From the NCBI GenBank assembly GCA_963770935.1, contig CAVYRJ010000007.1, positions 69,105-133,104 on the forward strand: a DNA stretch of 64,000 nt, in the 5' to 3' direction. Positions within the stretch are counted from its first letter, which is position 1. Each line of letters opens with the position of its first letter. Positions 39,414-49,307 of this stretch are shown piece by piece. The position numbers were made by a program, and so were the translations under genes. The notes under the pieces are model-generated. The model was given only the letters and a program-made list of their open reading frames with translations, had not been told where the DNA came from and made no database searches. This DNA comes from Candidatus Bathyarchaeota archaeon (lineage in GTDB: Archaea > Thermoproteota > Bathyarchaeia > Bathyarchaeales > Bathycorpusculaceae).

Positions 39414-39470
39414 AGTCTCTTTTAATTTTTAAGACAATATTAAGCTTTGTTATCTTTTCCGCCGTTCTGT

Positions 39471-39484
39471 AGCAAATTATAAAT
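39471..39484 (+). promoter_or_regulatory. BRE/TATA-like promoter for the small Lys-rich ORF
   Basis: AGCAAA followed by TTATAAAT, about 25-30 nt upstream of the SD-containing segment at 39510. Confidence 0.55.
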
Positions 39485-39523
39485 ACAAATTGCTGTCATA
39501 CATAAAATCCCGAGGTTATTTTG

Positions 39524-39580
39524 ATGGCGAAGAAACCAGCTAAAAAAGTAGTAAAGAAAGCCCCGGCAAAGAAAAAGTAA
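39524..39580 (+). CDS. 18-aa Lys/Ala/Pro-rich peptide MAKKPAKKVVKKAPAKKK (not in the ORF track)
   Basis: ATG 39524 to TAA 39580, SD GAGGT at 39512-39516, upstream TATA, downstream T-rich tract; 9 of 18 residues are Lys. Confidence 0.7.
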   Translation: MAKKPAKKVVKKAPAKKK

Positions 39581-39603
39581 AACCTCGGCGTAAGCACATT
39601 CAC

Positions 39604-39621
39604 TTCTCTTTTTTTCTTTTT
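39604..39621 (+). terminator. T-rich archaeal-type terminator after the small ORF
   Basis: TTCTCTTTTTTTTCTTTTT-type pyrimidine tract about 25 nt after the stop codon. Confidence 0.45.
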
Positions 39622-39710
39622 CTAAAATTGTGAGTTCTGAGTTCACCAATTTGTCCGGGTTAAGTAATTCTTTTATAATTCGCTAAATTACTAGGATTTG
39701 GTGATTTTTA

Positions 39711-40112
39711 GTGGATCATACAATTGTACATTTTGAAATCCCGGCTAACGATATTGAAAAATTGAAGAAATTTTATATGGATTTGTTTGGCTGGACTATG
39801 AATAAGTATCCTGGACCAACAGTCTACTATCTCGTGGGAACTGTTCCCGTGGACGAAAAAACAATGATGCCGATTCGTCCAGGCGTCAACGGCGGACTAT
39901 ATGAGAAGAAGGATGCTTCAATGCCCGAGATGGCTAAGCCAATAAACTACGTTTCAGTAGAGTCAGTCGAGGAATATAGCAAGAAGGTTGAAGCGTTAGG
40001 CGGCAAAATCATCCAACAGAAAATGGAGATCCCAGGCTTGGGTTGGTGGGCGCTTGCGCTTGACCCAGACGGCAACGCCTTTGGCATGTTGGAGTATATG
40101 CAAAAAACCTAA
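39711..40112 (+). CDS. VOC/glyoxalase family protein
   Basis: IVHFEIPA, KFY..LFGW, GVNGG, VEALGGKI, DPDGNAFG. Confidence 0.92.
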   Translation: MDHTIVHFEIPANDIEKLKKFYMDLFGWTMNKYPGPTVYYLVGTVPVDEKTMMPIRPGVNGGLYEKKDASMPEMAKPINYVSVESVEEYSKKVEALGGKIIQQKMEIPGLGWWALALDPDGNAFGMLEYMQKT

Positions 40113-40280
40113 TCTTTCCTTTTTCTTATTTTCTAAATTTTACTTCTCTCTATCTCCCTGCTTGTTTGCTTTAAATCTTAATGTGTTAAAAATCCCATGT
40201 TTTTTACTTAAATTTGTACTAAAGGCGTATAAACCCCTTCTTTCCATCTATGAGCATTTACTGCTAGAAGGGACTGAAAA

Positions 40281-41762
40281 ATAGGCTGCGGTATCTTTGG
40301 AGCAATAAATTACGATAAACAACCCGTTTTTCCCTATGTTTACTGGGGGCTACGGGCTCAAAACCATCGAGGACACCAATCGCACGGGTTCCTGACAAGC
40401 AACAACAACCAATTTTATACCTACAAAGCCTTAGATCTTGTCCCAAGACTAAAAACAAGCGCAATAAATGAATGGTTCGGGCGCCTACCCGGATCAATAG
40501 GCATCGGCAACGTACGGTACACAACCTCAGGAAAATGCGACGACGTTTCCATAATCGACGGCACCCAACCAGTCGTCGCATCTGCAGATGGAATAAAACT
40601 CGCCCTCTCATTTAATGGCAACATCGTCAACACGCTGCCACTCAAAAAAGAAATAAATCAAAACTTTTCCGATTTCCTCTACAACTGCGACTCCGATATC
40701 GTGTGCCACAAAATGCTCCTGGCCCTAAAACAGGGTCAAGACCTGCCCTCAGCCGTCCGTACCGTTATGGAAAGCCTAGATGGTGCATTTTCCGTAACTG
40801 GAGTAACTGGCAATGGTCAATTCTTCGCCTTCAAAGACCCACACGGAATAAAACCCCTGTGCGCTGGACATGATCCCGAAAGAAAAACTTTCGCTTTTTC
40901 CTCTGAAACTGTAAGCTTAGACATGAACAGTTTTGTTAGAGATTTCGAGTTGAAACCGGGTGAACTTGTGACGGTTTCAGAAAATGGCTTTAACCGCACC
41001 CAACTTATTGAGAATCCGCGTCAAGCCTTCTGCTGTTTTGAATACGCTTATTTTGCAAGGCCTGACTCACGGTTTGACGGCAAATATGTTTATGAAATGC
41101 GAGAAGACTTTGGAAGAAATCTAGTTAAGGAATTCTCTGAAATCGTCAAGGACGGTGACATCATCATGTCTGTACCTGAAACCGGCGATGACTCAGCCAT
41201 GGGAGTCCATGAAGAGTCGGGTTTACGATGGGAACGTGCATCAAGACGCCACCGCTACGTTACCGAACGGGCCTTCATTCTGCTTAACAACGAACGCTAC
41301 TCAACTATCGACAAAAAAATTAACATCTTAGGAAGCAAAGTTGCGGGCAAACGAGTTATAGTAACTGAAGACAGTGTTGTTCGAGGCGACACAACAAAGG
41401 TTATCATAGAAAAACTTCGCAAGGCAGGAGCCAAAAAAGTTTACCTCTTCGTAACTTTCCCACGCATTATCGGACCGTGCTTATATGGTATCGATATGTC
41501 AAGTTATGGGCAACTTATCGGCTCAAGACATAGTGCTGTAGAAATCGCTAAAATCATCGGTGCAGACGCAGTATGCTACCAATCAATCGAAGGACTAATA
41601 CGCGCCACGGATCAAACTGAGGACCAGCTTTGCTTAGCCTGCATAACAGGCAAGTACCCCACGCCGTGTGCCCAGAAAATGGCTGACACAATGAAAAAAC
41701 GCTTCCTCGAAGGATACGAAGAAAAAGGAAGAATCTACGAAGCCGAAGAAGTCCAGCCGTAA
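40281..41762 (+). CDS. purF: Amidophosphoribosyltransferase
   Basis: Frame is open 414 nt upstream of the track's GTG (40701) to CGIFG at 40287, including HRG, VRYTT and NGN; then CCFEYAYFARPDS, EDSVVRGDT, PCLYGID, LCLAC; start is not canonical. Confidence 0.93.
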   Translation: MGCGIFGAINYDKQPVFPYVYWGLRAQNHRGHQSHGFLTSNNNQFYTYKALDLVPRLKTSAINEWFGRLPGSIGIGNVRYTTSGKCDDVSIIDGTQPVVASADGIKLALSFNGNIVNTLPLKKEINQNFSDFLYNCDSDIVCHKMLLALKQGQDLPSAVRTVMESLDGAFSVTGVTGNGQFFAFKDPHGIKPLCAGHDPERKTFAFSSETVSLDMNSFVRDFELKPGELVTVSENGFNRTQLIENPRQAFCCFEYAYFARPDSRFDGKYVYEMREDFGRNLVKEFSEIVKDGDIIMSVPETGDDSAMGVHEESGLRWERASRRHRYVTERAFILLNNERYSTIDKKINILGSKVAGKRVIVTEDSVVRGDTTKVIIEKLRKAGAKKVYLFVTFPRIIGPCLYGIDMSSYGQLIGSRHSAVEIAKIIGADAVCYQSIEGLIRATDQTEDQLCLACITGKYPTPCAQKMADTMKKRFLEGYEEKGRIYEAEEVQP

Positions 41763-41809
41763 TTGCTATAAAGCGTTCCCTCCACTGTCTATGCTTAACG
41801 GTGTATTGG

Positions 41810-43222
41810 ATGGAAAAAATCGGTGTACTAGTTGTTTCTTATGGCGCACGAGAAGTCGCCATGGCAGATGCTCTTCTGCGAAGCCAAAACTACCAAGTGG
41901 AACTTTTCGTCGCGGACAAACAACGCAACCCATTCAATGCGCAACACGCCACAAAACACAAGGTCATCCCAAACCTTGACATCAAAGAAATTTGCAAATT
42001 CGCCCAAGAAAACCGTGAGAAAATCGACTTTGTCATGGTTGGTTCAGAGAAACCGATAATCGAGGGCATTCGCGATCTAATTGAGAAGCAAACCGGCATT
42101 CCAGTCATTTGTCCCACCAAAGAGTACGCCATCGAAGAGAGCAAGATTGCTCAGCGAATACTTTTCGAGGAGATTGCGCCTGAGGCGAATCCGCGTTTCA
42201 AGATTTTTCATCCTGCGGATTTCAAGGGCAAAGATGTCCAAAAAGCTGTTTATCAATGGCTAGACGAATTAAACAACCAAGCTGTGGTGAAGCCTGATAA
42301 GCCTGCGTTGGGAAAAGGTGTTGGCGTCTGGGGTGACCACTTCGCAAATCGGGAACAGCTTTTTGAGCACTTTATGTCCAACTTCCAGTACGGCTCAGTT
42401 ATCATAGAAGAAAAAATCGATGGCGAAGAATCCAGTTGTATGGGTTTTTGTGATGGCAAACACTTCATTACGCTGCCCGATACCCGCGACTACAAACGCG
42501 CCTTCGACGATGACAAAGGTCCAAACACAGGCGGCATGGGCTCCTACAAGGATGTGGCGGATAGGCTGCCCTTCTTAACTGTCTCTGAACGTGAACAGGA
42601 GCTTGCTTTAGCTGACAAGGTTTTCAAGGGTTGGAAAAGAAAAATTAAAGACGATTCCGCACTCAGAGGCGTCCCATTGTACCTTGCATTCATGCACACG
42701 GGCAAAGGTATCAAAATCCTTGAAATCAACAGCCGCCCCGGCGATCCCGAAATCATGAACCTTCTCCCAATCATAAAAGATGACTTCGTCGATGTCTGCC
42801 TCAGAATGGTTGATGGCAACTTGATGAGCGTTGCAATGGAGAAATCAGCCACGGTGCTGACCTACAAGGTTCCCTCAGACTACGGCGGCTACGCCCAAGC
42901 CTACCCAGACGAATTAGATAAAGCCTCTATCAACACACCAGTTGATCTGACCAAAGCAGAGGCACTTGCCAAGAAGTTCGGCGATAAAATCCGTATCTAC
43001 CCAGGTTCCATGGAATTGCGCGATGGCAAAAACTACGCGCTCAAATCTCGTGCCATCGGTATTCTAGGCATCGGCGGCAGCATCGAGGAAGCGCGGCAAA
43101 TCAGCCAAGAAGGCGCCAAAGCGGTCATCGGCGGCGCACTTTGGAACCGCACCGACGTGGCCTCAAAACAACACATAGCCAAAAGCATTACCCACATGGA
43201 CAAGTTGAGGCACAAGCCTTGA
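41810..43222 (+). CDS. purD: Phosphoribosylamine-glycine ligase
   Basis: GARE.A, VVKPD..ALGKGV, IIEEKIDGEE, DYKRAFDDDKGPNTGGMG, EINSRPGDPE. Confidence 0.95.
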   Translation: MEKIGVLVVSYGAREVAMADALLRSQNYQVELFVADKQRNPFNAQHATKHKVIPNLDIKEICKFAQENREKIDFVMVGSEKPIIEGIRDLIEKQTGIPVICPTKEYAIEESKIAQRILFEEIAPEANPRFKIFHPADFKGKDVQKAVYQWLDELNNQAVVKPDKPALGKGVGVWGDHFANREQLFEHFMSNFQYGSVIIEEKIDGEESSCMGFCDGKHFITLPDTRDYKRAFDDDKGPNTGGMGSYKDVADRLPFLTVSEREQELALADKVFKGWKRKIKDDSALRGVPLYLAFMHTGKGIKILEINSRPGDPEIMNLLPIIKDDFVDVCLRMVDGNLMSVAMEKSATVLTYKVPSDYGGYAQAYPDELDKASINTPVDLTKAEALAKKFGDKIRIYPGSMELRDGKNYALKSRAIGILGIGGSIEEARQISQEGAKAVIGGALWNRTDVASKQHIAKSITHMDKLRHKP

Positions 43223-44301
43223 CACGTATCTTCATCTCCGACTGCGAAGGACCCATATCAAAAAACGACAACGCCTTCGAGCTGGCCGAGAATTTTATCC
43301 CAAACGGAGACAAGTTCTTCACAAACATAAGCCTCTACGATGACGTACTTGCAGATGCCCTAAAAAAACCTGGTTATTCTGCGGGCAGCACATTGAAGTT
43401 GATTTTGCCCTTCTTCAAAGCCTATGGCATAACCGATAGCCAGATGGAAGATTTCTCCGCCAAAAACATAATTCTAATCGCCAACACCAAAAGCACCCTA
43501 AACCATATACGAAAAATATCCGAAGCCTTCATCATTAGCACTAGTTACGAACACTACATCAAAGCTTTGTGCAAAGCAGTCGATTTCCCATACAAAAACA
43601 CGTACTGCACCAAGGTAAGCCTTGACAAATGTCCCATAACTCCGCAAGAGAAAGAACGCTTAAGGGAGATAGCGCAAGAAATCGCGCAAATGCCCTTAAT
43701 CGATATTCCAGCAAACGCAAAAATCCTCGAGGATTTTTCAAGCCGCGACCAAGCCTTTATCCAGCGTTTGGATGAGATTTTCTGGAGCTTAATTCCCAAG
43801 ATGTTTGTTGGCAAGTTTCTTACTGATGTTGTGACTGTTGGTGGGGAACAAAAAGCTGAAGCAATCCGTGATGTCGCAAAACGTTTAGGGGTGGCGTTGG
43901 AGGATGTTATGTACGTGGGTGATAGCATAACAGACATTGAAGCGTTCAAACTCGTTCGTGATAATGGGGGATTAACTGTTTCATTTAACGGAAACAGCTA
44001 CGCTGTGAAGAATGCTGAGGTGGCTGTTCAGTCGGAAAGTAATCTTGTCACGGCTGTAATAGCTGACTTATTCTGTAAGTTAGGCAAAATACAAACAATA
44101 AAAACGCTCAGCCAATGGAGCCTTGAGGATCTCAAGGAAAACAAAGTTGAAGAGACCCTACTCAAACTGCTATCCAACCTAAAGCCGGATGACCTGCCCA
44201 AAGTTCAAATAGTCACAGCAAAAAATATGGAATCACTCATAAAAGAGAGCAGCGCGTTTAGGAAGAAGGTTCGTGGAGTAGCCATCGGGAGACTTGGATA
44301 A
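43219..44301 (+). CDS. HAD-superfamily protein (EhaR-like)
   Basis: Motif I variant [41 protein letters not shown]; TTG overlaps the purD stop codon. Confidence 0.8.
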   Translation: MTRIFISDCEGPISKNDNAFELAENFIPNGDKFFTNISLYDDVLADALKKPGYSAGSTLKLILPFFKAYGITDSQMEDFSAKNIILIANTKSTLNHIRKISEAFIISTSYEHYIKALCKAVDFPYKNTYCTKVSLDKCPITPQEKERLREIAQEIAQMPLIDIPANAKILEDFSSRDQAFIQRLDEIFWSLIPKMFVGKFLTDVVTVGGEQKAEAIRDVAKRLGVALEDVMYVGDSITDIEAFKLVRDNGGLTVSFNGNSYAVKNAEVAVQSESNLVTAVIADLFCKLGKIQTIKTLSQWSLEDLKENKVEETLLKLLSNLKPDDLPKVQIVTAKNMESLIKESSAFRKKVRGVAIGRLG

Positions 44302-45211
44302 AATGGTTAAAGCAGTAATCGAAGATACTTACGCAGAAGCGTTCACAGGGATTTTTTGTCGGTTAATCGTGACTGCAGACGATGAGCAAACTCTGCATAA
44401 AGCAGCCGAAGACTCCACCTCTACGCCATCCGTCGTGATAGGCAGAACTGAAGGCGGCATAGAAAAATACCTGGCACCCAACGAAACCCCCGACAAACGT
44501 GTGGGCGCTATTCTGCAGTTTTGGGGGGAAATCAACTCCAAAAAAACATTCGAGGAATCGCTGAAAAAATTCGAAACCGAGCTCTCTTACCGCATCCGTC
44601 AAGACATCCTTGTAAAACCCTTCACCGCCGTTTTCGATGCTTTGCCCAGGACCGAGGGCAAACTGGACATGATGGAGAGTGTGGGTCATTGCGGTGATGG
44701 ATATGAATGGATTGAGAAACGGTTTGGTAGAGAAGTCATCGTTGTTCCATTGATGGTTCCTGACTTTGTGATTGAGCGTTATCTTGGTTATGCGAAGGGT
44801 GTTATGGGCGGCAACTTTTGGATAATGTGCAAATCAAAAGCTGCGCTAAATGAAGCGGGCGCCAAAGCCCTAAAGGCAATCCACAGAGTACATGGAGTCG
44901 TAACCACCTTTGATATTTGCTCAGCTGGCTCAAAACCCGAAACCCATTATCCAAAAATAGGGCCAACAACAAATCATCTCTATTGTCCATCGCTTAAATC
45001 GCGCTTAGGAAAGGAATCGAAGGTTCCTGAAGGCGTCGAATACATAGCAGAGATCGTTTATAACGGCGTTTCCTTAGATGCCGTTAAAAAAGCCACAAAA
45101 ACAGCAATTAAAGCCGTTTTAGATGTAGCGGGCGTTGTAAGGGTTTCCGCTGGCAACTACGATGGCAAACTAGGCGAACACAAAATCCCATTAAAAGAGT
45201 TGTTTAAATGA
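44294..45211 (+). CDS. Formylmethanofuran:H4MPT formyltransferase-like protein (divergent Ftr paralog, EhaS-like)
   Basis: [45 protein letters not shown]; non-canonical at [16 protein letters not shown] and [12 protein letters not shown]. Confidence 0.88.
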   Translation: MDKMVKAVIEDTYAEAFTGIFCRLIVTADDEQTLHKAAEDSTSTPSVVIGRTEGGIEKYLAPNETPDKRVGAILQFWGEINSKKTFEESLKKFETELSYRIRQDILVKPFTAVFDALPRTEGKLDMMESVGHCGDGYEWIEKRFGREVIVVPLMVPDFVIERYLGYAKGVMGGNFWIMCKSKAALNEAGAKALKAIHRVHGVVTTFDICSAGSKPETHYPKIGPTTNHLYCPSLKSRLGKESKVPEGVEYIAEIVYNGVSLDAVKKATKTAIKAVLDVAGVVRVSAGNYDGKLGEHKIPLKELFK

Positions 45212-46122
45212 CAAGATTTGATGTAATAGGATTCGGAGCACTCAACGTTGATATGCTCTTCAAAGTAGACAAGCTTGCTTCTGCAGAAGAAGAAAGCTTC
45301 ATCGAAGATTACAAGGAAGCCTGCGGAGGATCAGCAGCCAACACCATGGTTGGGCTGGCAAGACTCGGCTGCAAAGTCGGGTTCATAGGCAAAGTCGCTA
45401 ACGACCGCGAAGGCAAGATGCAACTAGACTGCTTCAAAGCCGAAGGGGTTGACACCAGCGGCATAGTTGAGGCACCCAAGGGCAAGAGCGGTGCAGTGAT
45501 GGGGTTCGTGGATAGAAAAGGTGCAAGAGCCCTGTACATTAACTCAGGCGTTAACGACTTGGTTGAGCCAAGGGAAATAAAATGGGAATATGTTTCCCAA
45601 ACCAAATTCCTCCATCTGTCATCGTTTGTAGGGGAAAAATCGTTCCGCGCCCAAAAAAAGCTCTTAAGTGCCCTGCCTGATGGCGTGAAAATCAGCTTTG
45701 ATCCCGGCTCACTGTACGCTCAGAAAGGTTTTGCAGTAATAGAGCCAATGATTAGAAATTCTTATGTGTTGATGCCAAACGCCATTGAGCTTGAGCAATT
45801 AACAGGCGAAGAGGATTACCGAAAAAGCGCTGACTACCTGATTAGCATGGGGGTTAAGGTTGTTGCGGTAAAACTTGGTGCCAAAGGTTGCTATGTGACC
45901 GATGGCCAAGAAAAACTCAAGGTTGAACCTTTCAAAGTAAAAGCAATCGATACCACAGGAGCTGGAGACGCTTTCGATGCTGGTTTTCTTTATGGCTTAA
46001 TCAGCGAAAAAAGCCTTTACGAATGCGGGCAGTTAGGCAATTTTGTTGCTTCCCGAAACGTAATGAAACTAGGTGCACGTGAAGGATTGCCGTACGCTAA
46101 GGATTTAGCATTTCTTGGTTAG
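45208..46122 (+). CDS. PfkB/ribokinase family kinase (EhaT-like)
   Basis: [41 protein letters not shown]; ATGA overlap with the Ftr-like stop. Confidence 0.92.
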   Translation: MTRFDVIGFGALNVDMLFKVDKLASAEEESFIEDYKEACGGSAANTMVGLARLGCKVGFIGKVANDREGKMQLDCFKAEGVDTSGIVEAPKGKSGAVMGFVDRKGARALYINSGVNDLVEPREIKWEYVSQTKFLHLSSFVGEKSFRAQKKLLSALPDGVKISFDPGSLYAQKGFAVIEPMIRNSYVLMPNAIELEQLTGEEDYRKSADYLISMGVKVVAVKLGAKGCYVTDGQEKLKVEPFKVKAIDTTGAGDAFDAGFLYGLISEKSLYECGQLGNFVASRNVMKLGAREGLPYAKDLAFLG

Positions 46123-46923
46123 CTTTTCGATGATGCTTTGGAAGATGAATTTCCCATCACCGTACTGAAGCATCTGCTGCTGACGTGTCCAGTCGGGTTG
46201 CTGCCACCAGTACAACGCTCGTTCGGGATGAGGCATCAAACCAAAAATGTTGCCTTCCTTATTGCAGATTCCAGCAATGTCATAGAATGACCCGTTGGGG
46301 TTAATGGGATACTTGCAGTCGGCAACTTTGCCATCTTTATCACAATATCGGAAAACCAGCATGTCCTCGTTGATTAGCTTCTTTAGTAGTTCATTCTCTT
46401 TCTCCTTGGGGAAAAGCAGTCTACCTTCGCCATGGGCAATCGGCATCCTCAGCACTTTCCCAGCTGGAATCTTGCTTGTGAAAAAGCATTTTCCCTTGTT
46501 TTCCTGCTTGAGATAAATCCATTCACACTTGAAACCCGCTGGCTCATTGGTTGTTAATGTGGCTTCTGGGTAAGCGCTCATGCCTTCAAAGCCTGGAAGC
46601 AAACCGAATTCGACTAGGATTTGGAAACCGTTGCAAATGCCCAAGATTGGTCTGCCTTCATCGATGAAAGTTTCCATTTCTTTAGCCAGGTTCGCGGAGA
46701 GATGTCTTGCAAAAATCACTCCTGAACGTACATAGTCGCCAAACGAGAAGCCGCCAGGGAAAACCAGCACCGAATAATCCAAAAGATTGCGGCGTTTGAT
46801 TAATTCATTAACATGCACTGATTCCGCTTGCACGCCCAACTCTTGGAAAGCACGCTGGGTTTCTGCATCGCAGTTGGTGCCTCCAACACGCATTACGCAG
46901 ACTTTGATTTCATCTTGATTCAT
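46105..46923 (-). CDS. purQ: FGAM synthase glutaminase subunit
   Basis: GTNCDAET, PGGFSFGDY, GICNGFQIL, IAHGEG, MPHPER. Confidence 0.96.
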   Translation of the reverse strand: MNQDEIKVCVMRVGGTNCDAETQRAFQELGVQAESVHVNELIKRRNLLDYSVLVFPGGFSFGDYVRSGVIFARHLSANLAKEMETFIDEGRPILGICNGFQILVEFGLLPGFEGMSAYPEATLTTNEPAGFKCEWIYLKQENKGKCFFTSKIPAGKVLRMPIAHGEGRLLFPKEKENELLKKLINEDMLVFRYCDKDGKVADCKYPINPNGSFYDIAGICNKEGNIFGLMPHPERALYWWQQPDWTRQQQMLQYGDGKFIFQSIIEKLTKKC

Positions 46924-49307
46924 TGTTGCTTAACCTCTGGACTTAGGGTTTTCTTCCAGCTACGCCGTAATGCTTCAAGTGAAGAGTCGACTGCAACTTT
47001 GCCGTTTAAGCCTTTGACAAGCAGTTTCTGTTCCTGAGTTACCTTGCCAATTAAAGCGCAGTTTTTGCCTTTCATTAAGTCCTCAAAAACCTCCCTGTCC
47101 GCTTCGGCAACTTCGATTAGGAATCGACTGTTGGATTCAGAGAACAACACAAAATCGTTTCGCGCTAACTCTTTGCCTGGAACTTTGCACAAATCCAATT
47201 CTAACCCGTATCCGCCTGCAAACGCCATCTCCGCCGCCGCAACCGCTAAGCCACCCTCCGAGAGGTCATGGCACGACTTAACTAGGCCTGCGTCGATCGA
47301 TTTTGTGACTGCTCTGAAGGTGCGTTTGGCTTTGGCGCCTCTCACTTTGGGAACGCTTGCACCAAGGTAGCCTTTGAGTTTGTAGTATTCGGAGCCGCCA
47401 AGTTCGTTGAATGTTTCGCCGATGATGTAGAGGAGATTGCCTGGAGCTTTGAGATCCATGGATGTGGTCGATTGAAGGTTGGGGATTACTCCGACCGCAG
47501 TTATCAGCAATGTCGGGGTCACAGGTCCCAGCGGCGACTCGTTATAAAGGCTGTCTTTGCCCGAGATAAACGGTGCCTTAAACGCCACCGAAAAGTCGTA
47601 GCAAGCTTCGCAAGCACGTACTAATGAGCCGAGGCGTTCCGTTTTCTCTGGGTTTCCCCAAGTGAAATTGTCTAAAAGAGAAATTCTTCTTCCCCCAACA
47701 GCAACATTATTGCGTATAGCTTCGTCGATTGCGGATGCAGCCATCCAGTATGCGTCAATCTTGCCGTAGTTTGGGTTCATGCCACACGAAATAGTCAAGC
47801 ACTTTTGTGAGTCATCAAGCGGTTTCAGTACGGCTGCGTCGTTTGGTCCCGCGTATTCGCCTTGTAGTGGTTTGAGGGTTGTGTTGCCCTTGACTTCGTG
47901 GTCGTAGGTTCGGATGACGCTTTCTTTGCTGGCGATGTTGGGTGCTGCGAGTAGTAGCAGGAGGGTTTCAGTTAGGTTCTGTGGTTCAGCAAACTCCGGT
48001 TCGGTGAGTTTTGGAGTTTCGATTGTGGCAACTTTGGTGCTTTCACAAGGGTTAAACATGAAATCCATGTCGATGTCAGAGACTGTCTCACCGTTGTAGC
48101 TGAGTTGCAAACGCCTTTCTGGGATTAGTTTGCCTATGGCGTTTGCTTGAACGTCTTCTTTCTCAAATACGGCCATAACTCGCTCCAAGTTCTCTGTTGG
48201 CACAGTTAGGAGCATTCGTTCTTGGGATTCAGAAAGGTAGATTTCCCATGGTGCCAAACCCTGGTGTTTCAATGGAACCTTACCTAAATCAACAGTAATG
48301 CCGCAACTGAAACGTTCAGCCGTTTCGCCAACTGCAGAAGATAATCCGCCGCCGCCAATGTCAGTTATCGCTGAGCCCAATTGCAAATCTCGAATCTCAA
48401 TCACTGCACGTTTGACTTTTTCTTCTTCAATTGGGTCGGCAATTTGAACTGCTGGACGTGAAATTTCTTCTGATTTTTCGGTGAGTTCAGCTGAAGCGAA
48501 GGTCACGCCGTGGATGCCGTCACGCCCTGTTTTTCCGCCCGCCAAAACTACGAAGTCACCGACTTTGGCGTTTTTGGTATACTTGCTTAGGGGTAAGAGT
48601 CCTATGCAGCCGCAGTACACGATGACGTTGCCCGTGTAGCTGTCATCGAAGTATATGGCGCCGTTGACGGTTGGGATGCCCATGTTGTTGCCGTACGCGC
48701 TGATGCCTGCGGTTACACCCATGTACACATATTTGGGGTGCTTCACGCCAGCTGGAAGTTTGTTGTAATCATAATCTAAGGGTCCAAAACCCAGAACGTC
48801 AGTGCAAGCGATGGGATCTGCCCACACTCCGAGGATGTCGCGGATTACGCCTCCCACGCCTGTTGCTGCGCCACCAAATGGCTCTACCGCTGAGGGATGA
48901 TTGTGTGTCTCCACTTTAGCCGCGATGCCGTAGCCAAGGTCAAATTTGACAATGCCCGCGTTGTCCTCAAAAACGCTAACACACCATGGTGCCTTAATTT
49001 GTTTGGTGGCTTTAGCAATGTATGTTTTAAAGAGACTTTGGATTTCTTTGCTGCCGATTTGGATTTTGCCCTTAAACGTTTTGTGACAGCAGTGTTCACT
49101 CCACGTTTGACTTATCGTTTGCAACTCCACATCGGTGGGATTGCGTTTTTCTTTCTTAAAATAAGCTTGAATAACCTTTAGCTCTTCTGCGCTGAATCCC
49201 AAGGCAAGCTCGTTGTTGATTTCGTTTAGTTGCTGCTCTGTGGCTTTTGCTATGGTAAACTCTAGGACTTGGCTGTTTTTGCGTTGGGTGAAAAAGTCAG
49301 CGTTCAT
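46920..49307 (-). CDS. purL: FGAM synthase subunit PurL
   Basis: WSEHCCHK, ETHNHPSAVEPFGGAATGVGG..RD, DIGGGG, SESQERM, YDHEV, DLSEGG. Confidence 0.97.
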   Translation of the reverse strand: MNADFFTQRKNSQVLEFTIAKATEQQLNEINNELALGFSAEELKVIQAYFKKEKRNPTDVELQTISQTWSEHCCHKTFKGKIQIGSKEIQSLFKTYIAKATKQIKAPWCVSVFEDNAGIVKFDLGYGIAAKVETHNHPSAVEPFGGAATGVGGVIRDILGVWADPIACTDVLGFGPLDYDYNKLPAGVKHPKYVYMGVTAGISAYGNNMGIPTVNGAIYFDDSYTGNVIVYCGCIGLLPLSKYTKNAKVGDFVVLAGGKTGRDGIHGVTFASAELTEKSEEISRPAVQIADPIEEEKVKRAVIEIRDLQLGSAITDIGGGGLSSAVGETAERFSCGITVDLGKVPLKHQGLAPWEIYLSESQERMLLTVPTENLERVMAVFEKEDVQANAIGKLIPERRLQLSYNGETVSDIDMDFMFNPCESTKVATIETPKLTEPEFAEPQNLTETLLLLLAAPNIASKESVIRTYDHEVKGNTTLKPLQGEYAGPNDAAVLKPLDDSQKCLTISCGMNPNYGKIDAYWMAASAIDEAIRNNVAVGGRRISLLDNFTWGNPEKTERLGSLVRACEACYDFSVAFKAPFISGKDSLYNESPLGPVTPTLLITAVGVIPNLQSTTSMDLKAPGNLLYIIGETFNELGGSEYYKLKGYLGASVPKVRGAKAKRTFRAVTKSIDAGLVKSCHDLSEGGLAVAAAEMAFAGGYGLELDLCKVPGKELARNDFVLFSESNSRFLIEVAEADREVFEDLMKGKNCALIGKVTQEQKLLVKGLNGKVAVDSSLEALRRSWKKTLSPEVKQQ

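Noticed and set aside
40264-40645. Minus-strand ORFs 40264-40611 and 40421-40645
   Set aside because: Antisense shadows of the true 5' part of purF, which is open on the plus strand.
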